From: Bdellovibrionota bacterium
Lineage (GTDB): Bacteria; Bdellovibrionota_C; UBA2361; JBGSMV01
Direction of reading: 5' to 3'
Assembly: GCA_044356455.1 (NCBI GenBank)
Contig: JBIKWF010000002.1
Location: 511-64,510, forward strand
Length of the DNA: 64,000 nucleotides
The notes beneath the pieces are model-generated. The model was given only the letters and a program-made list of their open reading frames with translations, ran no database searches and was not told the origin of the DNA. Positions within the stretch are counted from its first letter, which is position 1. Each line of letters begins with the position of its first letter. The position numbers and the translations under genes are program-made. This document shows, one piece after another, positions 1-9,603 of this stretch.

Positions 1-7
1 GGGCGAT

Positions 8-1951
8 ATGCCTGAATCACGTACCCGATTAGTTACCAATCTGAGCCTGACCGTATTTGCAGCAACTTTTATTGCCTGCCTCATGCTCTTCCCCGGCGTT
101 GCCGAGGCACGCAAAGCGAAGAAGCCGAAACTTACCATAGTGAAACCAAGCGAAACTTTCTCGATGGATATCGATATCAAAGTCGGGAAAAAGCAGTTCA
201 CAGAGGCCGTCGCCTGCTACAAGAATAAGCCTGGCTCTCTCTCTCAAACCAAACGGGGATTGGCCTTTAAGAGCTACGAGGACACGCTCAAGGAGCTTGC
301 GAAGAAAGGGAAGCAAAAATCTCTTGCCTACAAGAAGGCAGAAAAGCTTAAAAAACAAGGCGCCGCAAACTGCAAAAATCCTCAGTTTCTTGCGCTTGAG
401 AAATACACCGGACCTTTTCGCGCTCAAGAGGCAAGAATTCTTTTTGAGCGCTTCGCTTTTGCAGCTTCTCCAGCCCAAATTGAGCAGGCAGTTCAACGCG
501 GACTGGATGCCACGATCGAGGATCTTACGACCTTTCGAGACAGCTTTGCGATGGACGCACAATTCGCCGACATCATGTGCGACACCTACCTCGCAAACAA
601 CCCTTGGACAAATGAGGCGGATAATAGAAATGAGACCTGCAATCCTTACAACATGAACGACTTCCGACGTGACGGAATGCGCAAGGCCCTCCTTTGGCGC
701 TTCACGTACTCTCAGAACCCCTTCTTTGACCGCTTTTGGTTTTGGATCCACGACGAGCGCCTCGCCACGAATTCTTCGGTGCTCGACGGGAATGAGTATC
801 ATGCACTAAGAACATACGTCCAAATGCTCGACTCCGCAGCACGCACGGGGGACTACAAACAATACATGCGCGCAGCGAACACCGACCACTTCCTCGCCCT
901 AGATTGGCTTGACGGCGCGCGAAACCGCGGATTTAGCCCTAACGAGAACTGGGCGCGCGAATTCTGGGAGTTAGGGACGGTCGGAGCAGCCAACCTTGAT
1001 GGCAAACCCAATTACACGTCCGGCGACATTGCAAACGCGGCGCTTGCACATAGCGGCTGGACTTTCGTAAGTGAGAAGAGAGAGATCCCTGGCGAACAGA
1101 ATGACGTCTGGTTCCGCTACGCTTCCTATACACCGTCCTTCCATTCTCCCATCGCCAAAACCATCTTCTACGGCACTCCTTACCAGGCGGTAGTTTATGA
1201 TGCCGATGATGTGCTTGAGGCGACCTTCAATCACCCAAGAACCGCAGAAAGCCTCGCCGAGGATCTCTGCCGCCAGTACCTCAGGCCAGACTGCCCTGCA
1301 GTTCTTGTAAAAAGAATTGCGGCAGAAATCCGGAAAGAGAATTACCAACTCATCCCGGTTTTCAAGAAATTAATGAAATCCCGCGCTCTTTACGATAGTG
1401 AGAATAGAAAGGCGCTTATCAAGCACCCCATTGAACTCCTGATTGGCTTTGTTCGCCAAACTGGGATGCGTCTCACGGTAGACGAACTTGACTACTGGCT
1501 TGGTCAACTTGAGCAAAGGCCGCTCGACGCCGCAACTGTGTTTGGCTGGAATGAAAGAATTCTCGCTGGCGAAAGCTACGTTCTCGCTTGGAGGAACGTG
1601 GTACTGGACATCGCCAATGGCCTAGGCAAAGAGGCTCTCCAGGAACAGAGAGGGCAAAACATGCACGATCTCTTCCTGGCAGGGAATCCTACTTCTCTTG
1701 AAACAATCGACCGAGTATCATCTATGCTCTCAGTGAACGTAAACGGGGCGCAGCGCGCTTCTCTTGATCAGTACCTCAATTTCTACCGAACGGAATGCCA
1801 GTACTGGCACGTAAATGAGCACGGCTGCACCGAGGGAGAGATGTTTCTTTTGCGAGACCCTTTTGACTCCTACCCTACGGGCGACTGGGAATCAAAGCTT
1901 CAGGGGCTTATAGCGATACTCGCGATGCAACCTGAATACAGACTTAAGTAA
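8..1951 (+). CDS. DUF1800 family secreted protein
   Basis: Signal peptide ending AEA; PNENWAREFWELGTVG matches the DUF1800 PNEN(Y/F)ARE(L)MEL(F)T(L)G motif; KHPIELLIG; paired with a DUF1501 gene. Confidence 0.85.
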   Translation: MPESRTRLVTNLSLTVFAATFIACLMLFPGVAEARKAKKPKLTIVKPSETFSMDIDIKVGKKQFTEAVACYKNKPGSLSQTKRGLAFKSYEDTLKELAKKGKQKSLAYKKAEKLKKQGAANCKNPQFLALEKYTGPFRAQEARILFERFAFAASPAQIEQAVQRGLDATIEDLTTFRDSFAMDAQFADIMCDTYLANNPWTNEADNRNETCNPYNMNDFRRDGMRKALLWRFTYSQNPFFDRFWFWIHDERLATNSSVLDGNEYHALRTYVQMLDSAARTGDYKQYMRAANTDHFLALDWLDGARNRGFSPNENWAREFWELGTVGAANLDGKPNYTSGDIANAALAHSGWTFVSEKREIPGEQNDVWFRYASYTPSFHSPIAKTIFYGTPYQAVVYDADDVLEATFNHPRTAESLAEDLCRQYLRPDCPAVLVKRIAAEIRKENYQLIPVFKKLMKSRALYDSENRKALIKHPIELLIGFVRQTGMRLTVDELDYWLGQLEQRPLDAATVFGWNERILAGESYVLAWRNVVLDIANGLGKEALQEQRGQNMHDLFLAGNPTSLETIDRVSSMLSVNVNGAQRASLDQYLNFYRTECQYWHVNEHGCTEGEMFLLRDPFDSYPTGDWESKLQGLIAILAMQPEYRLK

Positions 1952-1960
1952 GGAGGGCGT

Positions 1961-3220
1961 ATGAGCTTTTCTAAAAAGATCAGTAGACGTGGCTTTTTGA
2001 ATGGACTCTGCGCAGGGACCTGCGGCGCTGCACTTCACAGCGTGAGCTACGGAGGCAGCGGCATGATGGCTTATGGCATGCCAACCATGTTTAATGCACT
2101 GACGCCCAATCAATCAGTATTTATTCTCGTGAATTTTGCGGGTGGGTGCTCGTACAACATCGCGCCGATCTATCACGGTGCTTATCGAGATCGAAACCCG
2201 ACCATTAGCTACGGCCCAGAAAACTCCTTACCGGTAAGCATTGAGCAGGGACTACACCCACGACTCACCTACTTGAAAACCCTCTTTGATGAGGGGAGCC
2301 TCGCTCTCTTCAACGAAGTCGGAGTTCCGAATCAAAGCCGGTCGCATGACGAAGCGACCACCCAGTGGCACAGAGGCATTCCCGATGGGGGCAACAGCGA
2401 AGGGGGATGGGCGGCGCGCCTTACTTCTCAAGCGGCGAGTATTTTTGCCGGCATTTCACTTGGTGGAACCAATGAACTGATTCGCGGCGGGACGAACCCT
2501 CCTCGCTCATTTGGAGATCTCAACAATTTTGGTGAAGACCGCTTCAAATGGAGCAACGAGCGAACAGAATGGCTTCGAATCACACGCGAGAACCTCATCG
2601 CTCAATCCTCAACGGGCAGCGGCGATAGCATTGACCATGTAAGAAACTCTATGGTCAACGTGGAACGTAGCGTGAAGATAATCCAGGAGGAGACAGCTCG
2701 TCCCTTGCCCACCATCGCAAATCCCTTCGTGAATGAAGGCTTCTCGAATGCCTGCCGTGACGCCGCGAAGCTCATCGCTGCGCCCTCTCTTGGTGTGCGT
2801 TTCATCTACTTGCAAATGGGCGGTTTCGATACCCATTCAGGTGAGCTTCAGCGCCTCAGCGAATTACTTGACGATGTTAATAGTGGCCTACGATCCCTCA
2901 TACAGACGGTAAGGGCGCTTGGCCGCTGGAATGATGTCATGGTTGCCACCATGTCAGAATTCTGCCGAACCTTTGAGAACGGCTCTGCCGGGACCGATCA
3001 CGGAGAAGAGGCGCCGCTCATGCTCATGGGAGGCTCGATCAATGGTCGTGTGGTAAATCCCACGCCTACACCTGCAAAGATTCAGGCGGCGGGCTCATTC
3101 CTGTATGGCTACCAGGTTGACTTCCGTCAGATTTACAAGGAAGTCGTGGGGCAAATGGGCTTTAACGCCGACATGATTTTCCCGAACACGACGTTTTCGC
3201 CCTTAGGCTTATTCAAGTAG
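1961..3220 (+). CDS. DUF1501 family protein with Tat signal
   Basis: SRRGFL twin-arginine signal; SRSHD, GGFDTH, MSEFCRT and GTDHG motifs; AGGAGG RBS. Confidence 0.9.
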   Translation: MSFSKKISRRGFLNGLCAGTCGAALHSVSYGGSGMMAYGMPTMFNALTPNQSVFILVNFAGGCSYNIAPIYHGAYRDRNPTISYGPENSLPVSIEQGLHPRLTYLKTLFDEGSLALFNEVGVPNQSRSHDEATTQWHRGIPDGGNSEGGWAARLTSQAASIFAGISLGGTNELIRGGTNPPRSFGDLNNFGEDRFKWSNERTEWLRITRENLIAQSSTGSGDSIDHVRNSMVNVERSVKIIQEETARPLPTIANPFVNEGFSNACRDAAKLIAAPSLGVRFIYLQMGGFDTHSGELQRLSELLDDVNSGLRSLIQTVRALGRWNDVMVATMSEFCRTFENGSAGTDHGEEAPLMLMGGSINGRVVNPTPTPAKIQAAGSFLYGYQVDFRQIYKEVVGQMGFNADMIFPNTTFSPLGLFK

Positions 3221-3230
3221 CGCCCAGCGC

Positions 3231-3962
3231 TCATTCAGGAGGAACCTGCGCATCCAGAATAAGAAGAACCCTGGTCCAAAGAGGCTGCACGGGAACCTTG
3301 TCCCCGGTGATGATGAGATCCGCAGGTTCGAGTCCATAGGCACGTGCCACTTCTCGTGAGCGCTTCGCCAATTCAGATCGAGTAAGCTTGTCACATTTGG
3401 TGAGCACAATAACGTAAGGAACTCCCCGCTCGGAGGCATAGGCCTGCACCGCAAGCTCCTCATGCTCAGGATCGCGTCGCACATCGTTCAAAACACACAC
3501 GATCCGAGTTTCGTTTCGCTGCTCCAAATAAGAATCAATCAAGACACCGAGAGCCCCACGCTCCCGCTTCGAAAGTTTGGCATAACCAAACCCAGGCAAA
3601 TCAGCGAGTGTCACTGGCACCACAGGCGCCCCCTCTTTCGGCGCGGAGCGCTCAAGAGAGAGAGAGAAGAGCACCACATGCTGAGTGCGGCCTGGGGTCG
3701 AGCTCGCATGCGCAAGGTGCCGTTTATTGCAAATACGGTTAATAAAAGATGATTTTCCTACGTTCGACCTGCCGATGACGGCGACTTCGAAGGGAACATC
3801 TGAGGCAAGCTTCTCTATAGAAGGTGCGCTCATGAGAAACTCGGCATGAGCTGCACGGGGAAACGCAAGATCGCGGTCCACAGAAGCGCTCTGCGCAGGT
3901 ACTGAAGACCCTGGCTTTGAAGAGGGAGGCTTCTGCGTTTTAGGTTTCGGCTTTGGGGTCAT
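3231..3962 (-). CDS. engB: Ribosome biogenesis GTP-binding protein EngB/YihA/YsxC
   Basis: GRSNVGKSS, SSTPGRT, DLPGFGYA and TKCDK motifs. Confidence 0.95.
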   Translation of the reverse strand: MTPKPKPKTQKPPSSKPGSSVPAQSASVDRDLAFPRAAHAEFLMSAPSIEKLASDVPFEVAVIGRSNVGKSSFINRICNKRHLAHASSTPGRTQHVVLFSLSLERSAPKEGAPVVPVTLADLPGFGYAKLSKRERGALGVLIDSYLEQRNETRIVCVLNDVRRDPEHEELAVQAYASERGVPYVIVLTKCDKLTRSELAKRSREVARAYGLEPADLIITGDKVPVQPLWTRVLLILDAQVPPE

Positions 3963-4111
3963 TGCACATCTTTAGTCTGAGCTTTGCGCTCAATCTCGCG
4001 CTCAAGCGCACGAAGGCGCGCGGCAAGGGACAGTAGATAAATCACCATAACCCCCCAGAGCGCGGCGTACCCCAAGAACATCCAAGGAAAAGTATCAGGA
4101 ACCTGTTCCAT
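3959..4111 (-). CDS. ccmD: CcmD-like small membrane protein
   Basis: 50 aa (MEQVPDTFPWMFLGYAALWG...), one TM helix plus charged tail; TAATG overlap with the ccmC stop. Confidence 0.7.
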   Translation of the reverse strand: MEQVPDTFPWMFLGYAALWGVMVIYLLSLAARLRALEREIERKAQTKDVQ

Positions 4112-4845
4112 TAGCGGACCTCCATAAGACGAGCATGCATAAGCCCAATTCGGGTACGGATATAGACGAGAAAGAACTGGAGGCCGACCATTGCAAACGT
4201 ACCGACCGCCCACGCTTCAACAAAAAGTGGATCTCTGAGGCCCCGGTTCTCAATGACACGAGGATGAAGCTGCGCAAACTGCGGCAAGAGTCGAATAGAG
4301 AAAACAACGATGGGAACAGTAATTGCCCCAAGAATACCGAGAACTGCGCAGTGTTCTGGAATCTTTCCCGGTTCCCCAAAGCGGCGAAGAAGCGTGAGCG
4401 CAAGAAATATCATCCACAAAAGCAGGAAGCTTACCAAGCGCGGCTCCCAGTGGAACCAGGTATTCCATATAGGCCGAGCCCAAATCATTCCCGACAACAT
4501 GACCATCGTAGAGAACATGAGCCCGACTTCTGCACCTGCCTCGCTCATGAGGTCAAAAACTTTCCTTCGAGTACCAAGATAGGCAAGGCTCCCTATGAGC
4601 AAAGTTGCAACAGCGCAATAACAGGCAATCGCGCTTCCCACATGAAAATAGAAGATACGCTGCACCGCTCCCATCATGCGCTCATTGGGAACCATCATGA
4701 AGACAAGGTAGAGGGCATAGAAAACAAGCCCAGCCACTACCACAAGCCCAAGCGCTTCAGCCTGGGGAAGATACGAGGAGCCTCCTCGCGTAACGGATGC
4801 TGAGGAAACATTTTTCTCTAAGACGTTCTCTTGTGAAGGTTCCAT
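4111..4845 (-). CDS. ccmC: Heme exporter protein C
   Basis: RIFYFHVG and the WWD-type motif GMIWARPIWNTWFHWEPRL; start set at MEPSQ after a CAGGAG RBS. Confidence 0.93.
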   Translation of the reverse strand: MEPSQENVLEKNVSSASVTRGGSSYLPQAEALGLVVVAGLVFYALYLVFMMVPNERMMGAVQRIFYFHVGSAIACYCAVATLLIGSLAYLGTRRKVFDLMSEAGAEVGLMFSTMVMLSGMIWARPIWNTWFHWEPRLVSFLLLWMIFLALTLLRRFGEPGKIPEHCAVLGILGAITVPIVVFSIRLLPQFAQLHPRVIENRGLRDPLFVEAWAVGTFAMVGLQFFLVYIRTRIGLMHARLMEVR

Positions 4846-4865
4846 CGCTTGCTCCTGTAGATCGC

Positions 4866-5555
4866 CTAGTCGCCCACTGCGAATTCGAACAGCGTTGCGC
4901 CCAGAGCTACATACACCACCGTAAGCCCCGCGAGCAATGAAAGCCACTGAGAGGATAGCGGCACAGCGCCCTGCTCAAGAATCATAGTGGTCAGCTCTAT
5001 CGCACAAAAGAAAAGAGGGAAGAGAAGAGGAAGGAGTATGAGGGGCAGCAAGACATTCTTAAGTCTTGCGCCCGCAGTGAGAGACGCCACAATTGTCGCC
5101 AAGGAAGAATACCCCACAAGCACAAGTAAAGAGACTCCCGCAAAGACGCCTGCATAAGGGAAGAGGGTCACGCCAAGCAACATGCCAAGCACCGTGGTTC
5201 CCACCACGTGACCTAGAAGTAATATCAATAAATTAACGCAAGCTTTGGCGAAGAAAATAGCACTGGGCTGCACGCCAGCAAGCAAAAGCCCATCGAGAAC
5301 TTTGTGTTCCGACTCATACTCGAAGCTGCGTCCCAGAGAGACCGCGGCATTCACCATAAAACAAAGCCATAACAGGCCAGGAAAAAGGCGCTCCCTAATC
5401 TGCGGCTCAAGCGCAGCACTGGTGACTCCAAATCCGGTAATAACAGAAAGCATGACTGAGAGAGAGATAAGCAGCGTAAGAGCATCCCGCACCCGAAACT
5501 CAAGCAGCGCCATGAACTTAAGAAGAGAGGCGAAATGGCGTAAAGAAGCAATCAC
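4866..5555 (-). CDS. ccmB: Heme exporter protein B
   Basis: About six TM segments; FEYESEHKVLDGLLL; LLPLILLPLLFP; lies between ccmA and ccmC. Confidence 0.88.
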   Translation of the reverse strand: MIASLRHFASLLKFMALLEFRVRDALTLLISLSVMLSVITGFGVTSAALEPQIRERLFPGLLWLCFMVNAAVSLGRSFEYESEHKVLDGLLLAGVQPSAIFFAKACVNLLILLLGHVVGTTVLGMLLGVTLFPYAGVFAGVSLLVLVGYSSLATIVASLTAGARLKNVLLPLILLPLLFPLFFCAIELTTMILEQGAVPLSSQWLSLLAGLTVVYVALGATLFEFAVGD

Positions 5556-6253
5556 CGGTTGACCCCCCGATACTCATCAATGGCGCGCTGCACGCCTTCC
5601 GCTTTCCCTGAAGATGCCCCAAGACTCGCAGAGCCTGAATCACATCTCACCAGGCCCTCGGAGAGCACGAGCGCACGTGTCGCAACCGAAGAAAGGCGGG
5701 CAAGATCGTGCGTTGCAATAACTACTCCGGCGCCCTCAGAGGATTTTTGCGAAATCAAGCGGCACAACTCCTCTGTCGTTTTATCATCGAGCGCGGAGGA
5801 AGGCTCATCCAGAAGATACAAGGCACGCTTCCCCGCGAATACCCGCGCGAGAGAAACACGAGCCCCGAGCCCCTTAGAAAGGCGATTTACGGGAACATCC
5901 CGATAAGAGGAAAGGCCCCAAAGTTTTATACTCTCCTCTTGCGAGCCCAGAGTTCCTGCAACCTCAGCAAAAAGCCGCAAATTCTCGGCAACGGTCAACT
6001 CTCCGTAGAGCATGAGCTGATGTGCGTGATAGGCGAGGCCACTCGCGCGAAGCGCGGCCCCTTGAGTAACGCTCCCTCCGCCCGGGCGCTGCAGGCCAGC
6101 GAGAATTTTCAGCAGAGTCGATTTCCCCGCTCCATTCGCTCCAAGTAGAAGAATGACCTCTCCAGAATAGATATCGCACGAGCAGCCTCTAAGAACTGGC
6201 GTACCCTGAAAGGCGCGGGAAAGTTCCCTTATGGCAAGCAAGGGCTCGCTCAC
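5552..6253 (-). CDS. ccmA: Heme ABC exporter ATP-binding protein
   Basis: Walker A GANGAGKST, LSKG signature, LLDEP; ccm operon context. Confidence 0.88.
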   Translation of the reverse strand: MSEPLLAIRELSRAFQGTPVLRGCSCDIYSGEVILLLGANGAGKSTLLKILAGLQRPGGGSVTQGAALRASGLAYHAHQLMLYGELTVAENLRLFAEVAGTLGSQEESIKLWGLSSYRDVPVNRLSKGLGARVSLARVFAGKRALYLLDEPSSALDDKTTEELCRLISQKSSEGAGVVIATHDLARLSSVATRALVLSEGLVRCDSGSASLGASSGKAEGVQRAIDEYRGVNR

Positions 6254-6609
6254 TATGAAACCTCGCTACTTCCGGCCTTCTTTTCGGAATGGTTACTCGT
6301 GCGGATGCGCGCGGCTTCGTCAAGCCGTGCGAGAACCTGCCCGAGCTCTGCGCTGACTGACGCGCGCATCGAAGCGTAATCGGCAGAACTTATTTTTTCA
6401 GTTTGGTAGTCGAGCTCAAGATCGCGCAGCACCTGCATAAAGCGCTCGCGCTGATCCGAAAGGCCATCAAAATCCTCCCCTCGGCCCTGGACAATTGCAG
6501 CACCGCCCGAAGAGTCCTGCGAGAGAGCGGCAGCTTGCAGCCTTGGTGTGAGCACATACCACACCAACAGAAGGGTGTAACACGCTGTAATTACTACAAT
6601 AAATTCCAT
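6253..6609 (-). CDS. Membrane-anchored protein resembling the CcmI/CycH N-terminal region
   Basis: TM helix then LRDLELDYQTEKISSADY; GGAGG RBS before ATG at 6609. The longer ORF-track start runs into a repeat remnant. Confidence 0.6.
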   Translation of the reverse strand: MEFIVVITACYTLLLVWYVLTPRLQAAALSQDSSGGAAIVQGRGEDFDGLSDQRERFMQVLRDLELDYQTEKISSADYASMRASVSAELGQVLARLDEAARIRTSNHSEKKAGSSEVS

Positions 6610-6622
6610 CACCATCCTCCCG

Positions 6623-6688
6623 GGCTGCTCTAAAAAAAGTCCACTCAGTGCCTCTGTGGTTGATTTAAATAGTTCAAAAATCACAACG
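6623..6688. mobile_element. Degenerate remnant of element family A
   Basis: GGCTGCTCTAAAAAAAGTCCACTCAGTGCCTCTGTGGTTGATTTAAATAGTTCAAAAATCAC is colinear with the left half of the 39492 copy. Confidence 0.65.
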
Positions 6689-6723
6689 TGCAAAATGAGC
6701 CATGGAGGATCTCTAAATGCTCC

Positions 6724-8778
6724 TTAGATCCTGTTTTCCGAAGACGCAGCCAAATCCCCTGCCAGCACCTCACTTCTCGCTTCACTCTTCCTTGGAACCA
6801 AAAGGACAAGCGTCCCACCCACCATAATCATCGTTCCAATCCAGAGCCAGATTTGAAGCGGGTTAACATAAACCTTCAATGAAGCACGTGCCCCTGTCTC
6901 ATCAAGACCGGATACTATGATATAAAGGTCATCCCGCCAGCTACTAAGAAGCGCAACCTCTGTTGTTGTTTCCTGGTTACGGAAATAAGAGCGAAGCTCA
7001 GGCTCTAACACCCCAAGCAGAGGCCCCGCGGGGCTCACTCCGTCGGCACCCACTCCCCCATTCGCCGGTCGCACACTCACTACCGCATGAAGCGCTTGGT
7101 AGTTCGGAGTCTGGCGCCCATCTATTGAGTCAAGCGTCAGCGAATACCTGCGCACGGTAATGCTCTCCCCTTTATTTAGGGTGAATTCCTTCTCATACTT
7201 GTGGGCCATTGAAGCAGTAATCGCGATGGTAACGACCACTACGCCAAGATGAACAAGATAGCCCCCGTAGCGCGAGCGATGCCGGGTCACGAGGCGAGAA
7301 ACTCCCTCGACCACGCCCTTATCCTCGGCTAGCCGCTGAGCGCGAAGAGCCCGGTACATCTCGCCCATGATGGTCATAAACACAAACCAACACAGCCCGT
7401 ATGAAACTACTGGATAAAACTGGTCGACCCCGGTCCACACAAGCAGTCCAGAAACAAACAGTGCCGTAATAAAGGGACTCAAGAAGGTCTTTCGCAGGCT
7501 TGAAAGCGTAGCCTTCTTCCACGCAATCATGGGACCAACTCCCATGAGGAGCAGCAAGAAGAGAAACAAGGGCACATTCACCGCATTAAAGAAGGGAATT
7601 CCTACTGCCTGCTTTTGTCCCGTAACCGCCTCAGAGAGCACAGGGAACATCACGCCCCACAGGGTGGCGAAGCAGATGCTAAGAAGCACTAAATTATTAA
7701 GAAGGAAAAACGCCTCGCGCGACCAGAAACTCTCAATTTTCCGGTCCGAAATAAGAATTTTGCGGCGATATATCGAAAGGCCAAGCGCTACGACAAACAT
7801 CACCGAAAGATAGAGCAGGAACATCCAGCCGATATCAGTTGAGGCGAAGGCATGCACACTCTGGACAATTCCCGAACGCGTCAAGAACGTTCCAAAAACC
7901 GTCAGAAGATACGTCGTGACCATAAGCCACACGCTCCACAAACGGAGCATATTCTTACGCTCAAGTACCATCACTGAGTGCAAATACGCAGTCGACGTCA
8001 ACCACGGCAGAAATGAAGAATTCTCGACGGGGTCCCAGGCCCAAAAACCGCCCCAACCAAGTTCAACATAAGCCCAAAAACCGCCCATCACGATCCCGGC
8101 AGTGAGAAACATCCAGGCAAAGAGCGCCCAGCGCCGAGTAAGCCGCACCCATTCATTCGAGAGCTGCCCCGAGGCAAGTGCCGCAAGACAGAAAGCAAAA
8201 GGCACCACGTGCGCAGTGAAGCCCACATAGAGAGTTGGGGGATGAATCGCCATGAAGGGATTTTGAAGTAACGGGTTTAAGCCATTACCGTCCGGCGGAA
8301 TGAAAGAAGCCTTGATGTAACGAAACGGATTGGTGAAAAAGAAAACTACCGTCAGGAAGAAAAGGGCCGAAGAGTTAATACCGACAAGCACCCAAGGCAC
8401 AAGAAGCCTGGGGTAACGATCCGAACGCAGGGCAACCATGCCGCCACAGATCGCAACAAAGACGGCCCACAAAAGCATCGAGCCATCCATTCCTCCCCAT
8501 ATCGCGGACACCTTATAGATGCTCGCCATATCTTTATTCGAGTACTGCCAGACGTATTGATTCGAGTAGTCGTCATAGTGGAACAGGTAGCCAAGGGTAA
8601 GGAGGGAGAGAACCCCACTGAACGCCCCGGCGATGGTGGTGTTGCGGGTAACAGCCACCCACGAGGCGTTTCCTGGTTTTCCGAGATTGCCGCGCACGCC
8701 GGAATAGAGCCCGACACACACCGCAAAGAGCGCCGAGGCCCACGCAAGAAAGAGGGCATAGTGACCAAATTCATTCAT
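6724..8778 (-). CDS. ccmF: Cytochrome c heme lyase CcmF
   Basis: GLNPLLQNP, IHPP, WAYVELGWGGFWAWDPVEN and SVHAF motifs. Confidence 0.97.
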   Translation of the reverse strand: MNEFGHYALFLAWASALFAVCVGLYSGVRGNLGKPGNASWVAVTRNTTIAGAFSGVLSLLTLGYLFHYDDYSNQYVWQYSNKDMASIYKVSAIWGGMDGSMLLWAVFVAICGGMVALRSDRYPRLLVPWVLVGINSSALFFLTVVFFFTNPFRYIKASFIPPDGNGLNPLLQNPFMAIHPPTLYVGFTAHVVPFAFCLAALASGQLSNEWVRLTRRWALFAWMFLTAGIVMGGFWAYVELGWGGFWAWDPVENSSFLPWLTSTAYLHSVMVLERKNMLRLWSVWLMVTTYLLTVFGTFLTRSGIVQSVHAFASTDIGWMFLLYLSVMFVVALGLSIYRRKILISDRKIESFWSREAFFLLNNLVLLSICFATLWGVMFPVLSEAVTGQKQAVGIPFFNAVNVPLFLFLLLLMGVGPMIAWKKATLSSLRKTFLSPFITALFVSGLLVWTGVDQFYPVVSYGLCWFVFMTIMGEMYRALRAQRLAEDKGVVEGVSRLVTRHRSRYGGYLVHLGVVVVTIAITASMAHKYEKEFTLNKGESITVRRYSLTLDSIDGRQTPNYQALHAVVSVRPANGGVGADGVSPAGPLLGVLEPELRSYFRNQETTTEVALLSSWRDDLYIIVSGLDETGARASLKVYVNPLQIWLWIGTMIMVGGTLVLLVPRKSEARSEVLAGDLAASSENRI

Positions 8779-8796
8779 ACGAATTTTCCTTTAGAT

Positions 8797-8869
8797 CTCG
8801 TGGTAGCCGTGGTGCTCTTCGTGCTCCTTGCGGTGAGGGAAACAGAGGACAACCACTAAGAACACTAAG
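8797..8869. repeat. Degenerate free 9-bp-periodic palindromic repeat
   Basis: CTTCGTGCT CCTTGCGGT ... AACCACTAAG AACACTAAG. Confidence 0.6.
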
Positions 8870-8898
8870 GAGGTGAAAAGAGAGGCACGTTACCCTAA

Positions 8899-9027
8899 GG
8901 AACCTCTGAAAAACCTCGATATTTTATTTTTTCTCTCTGTGATCTCTGTGTCCTCTGTGGTTTTTCAACAATTTAAATCAACCACAGAGGGCACAGAGTT
9001 CACAGAGTGGATTTTTTCAAAGGCTCC
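8899..9027. mobile_element. MITE-like element family A (CACAGAG hairpin cargo)
   Basis: GGAACCTCTGAAAAA...TTTTTCAAAGGCTCC terminal inverted repeats; CTAA on both sides (8895-8898, 9028-9031); 129 bp. Confidence 0.85.
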
Positions 9028-9549
9028 CTAATAAACCTGCTCGTTATTCACCCCATACTTCTTCTCAGGAGAGGGAGCTTCATATTTTGACGGACACTGC
9101 GTAAGCAGCGAACTCGCTACGACCGTCCCGTTCTCAAGGGAGCCGTCAATAATAACATCCCTTCCCGCAGTAAACATGTCAGGACGAAGCCCTCGATATA
9201 CCACAGGGACAGGTTTGCCAACTTCTGCCGCCGCGGCTACCGAAGCATCAACTACGGGAGAGGCGTTCTCGGTAGTTACCTTAGGATCGGACCCGTCTGC
9301 TGCCTTTTTCGGCGGTGGATCCACAATCGCAAAACGAAGCTCAATATGAGGCTCTGTTTGGTAAAAGATCTCTGCGGCGCCAGATACCCGGCCCACAACC
9401 CGAAGGCGCGGCAACGAGGCGCCGACAGGCTGGGCCGCGATCTCGGTCGGAGAATACACATGCGAAGTGCCTGACTGGGTCGCTTGGACCATTAGCCCAA
9501 TCGCGACAAAGGCCATAATCAGCACAAGAATGACAAACTTTTTCCCCAT
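9028..9549 (-). CDS. ccmE: Heme chaperone CcmE (CxxxY type)
   Basis: N-terminal TM anchor; VYRGLRPDMFTAGRDVIIDG; LLTQCPSKY. Confidence 0.9.
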   Translation of the reverse strand: MGKKFVILVLIMAFVAIGLMVQATQSGTSHVYSPTEIAAQPVGASLPRLRVVGRVSGAAEIFYQTEPHIELRFAIVDPPPKKAADGSDPKVTTENASPVVDASVAAAAEVGKPVPVVYRGLRPDMFTAGRDVIIDGSLENGTVVASSLLTQCPSKYEAPSPEKKYGVNNEQVY

Positions 9550-9603
9550 ACCCAAACTCGCACCTGAAAGAGAAACGCGTAAGCGATCCGTTGTGTTTAA
9601 ATT

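Noticed and set aside
29-802. Long antisense or alternate-frame ORFs over recognised genes (e.g. 29-802, 4135-4803, 11960-12409)
   Set aside because: Shadow ORFs of well-supported genes
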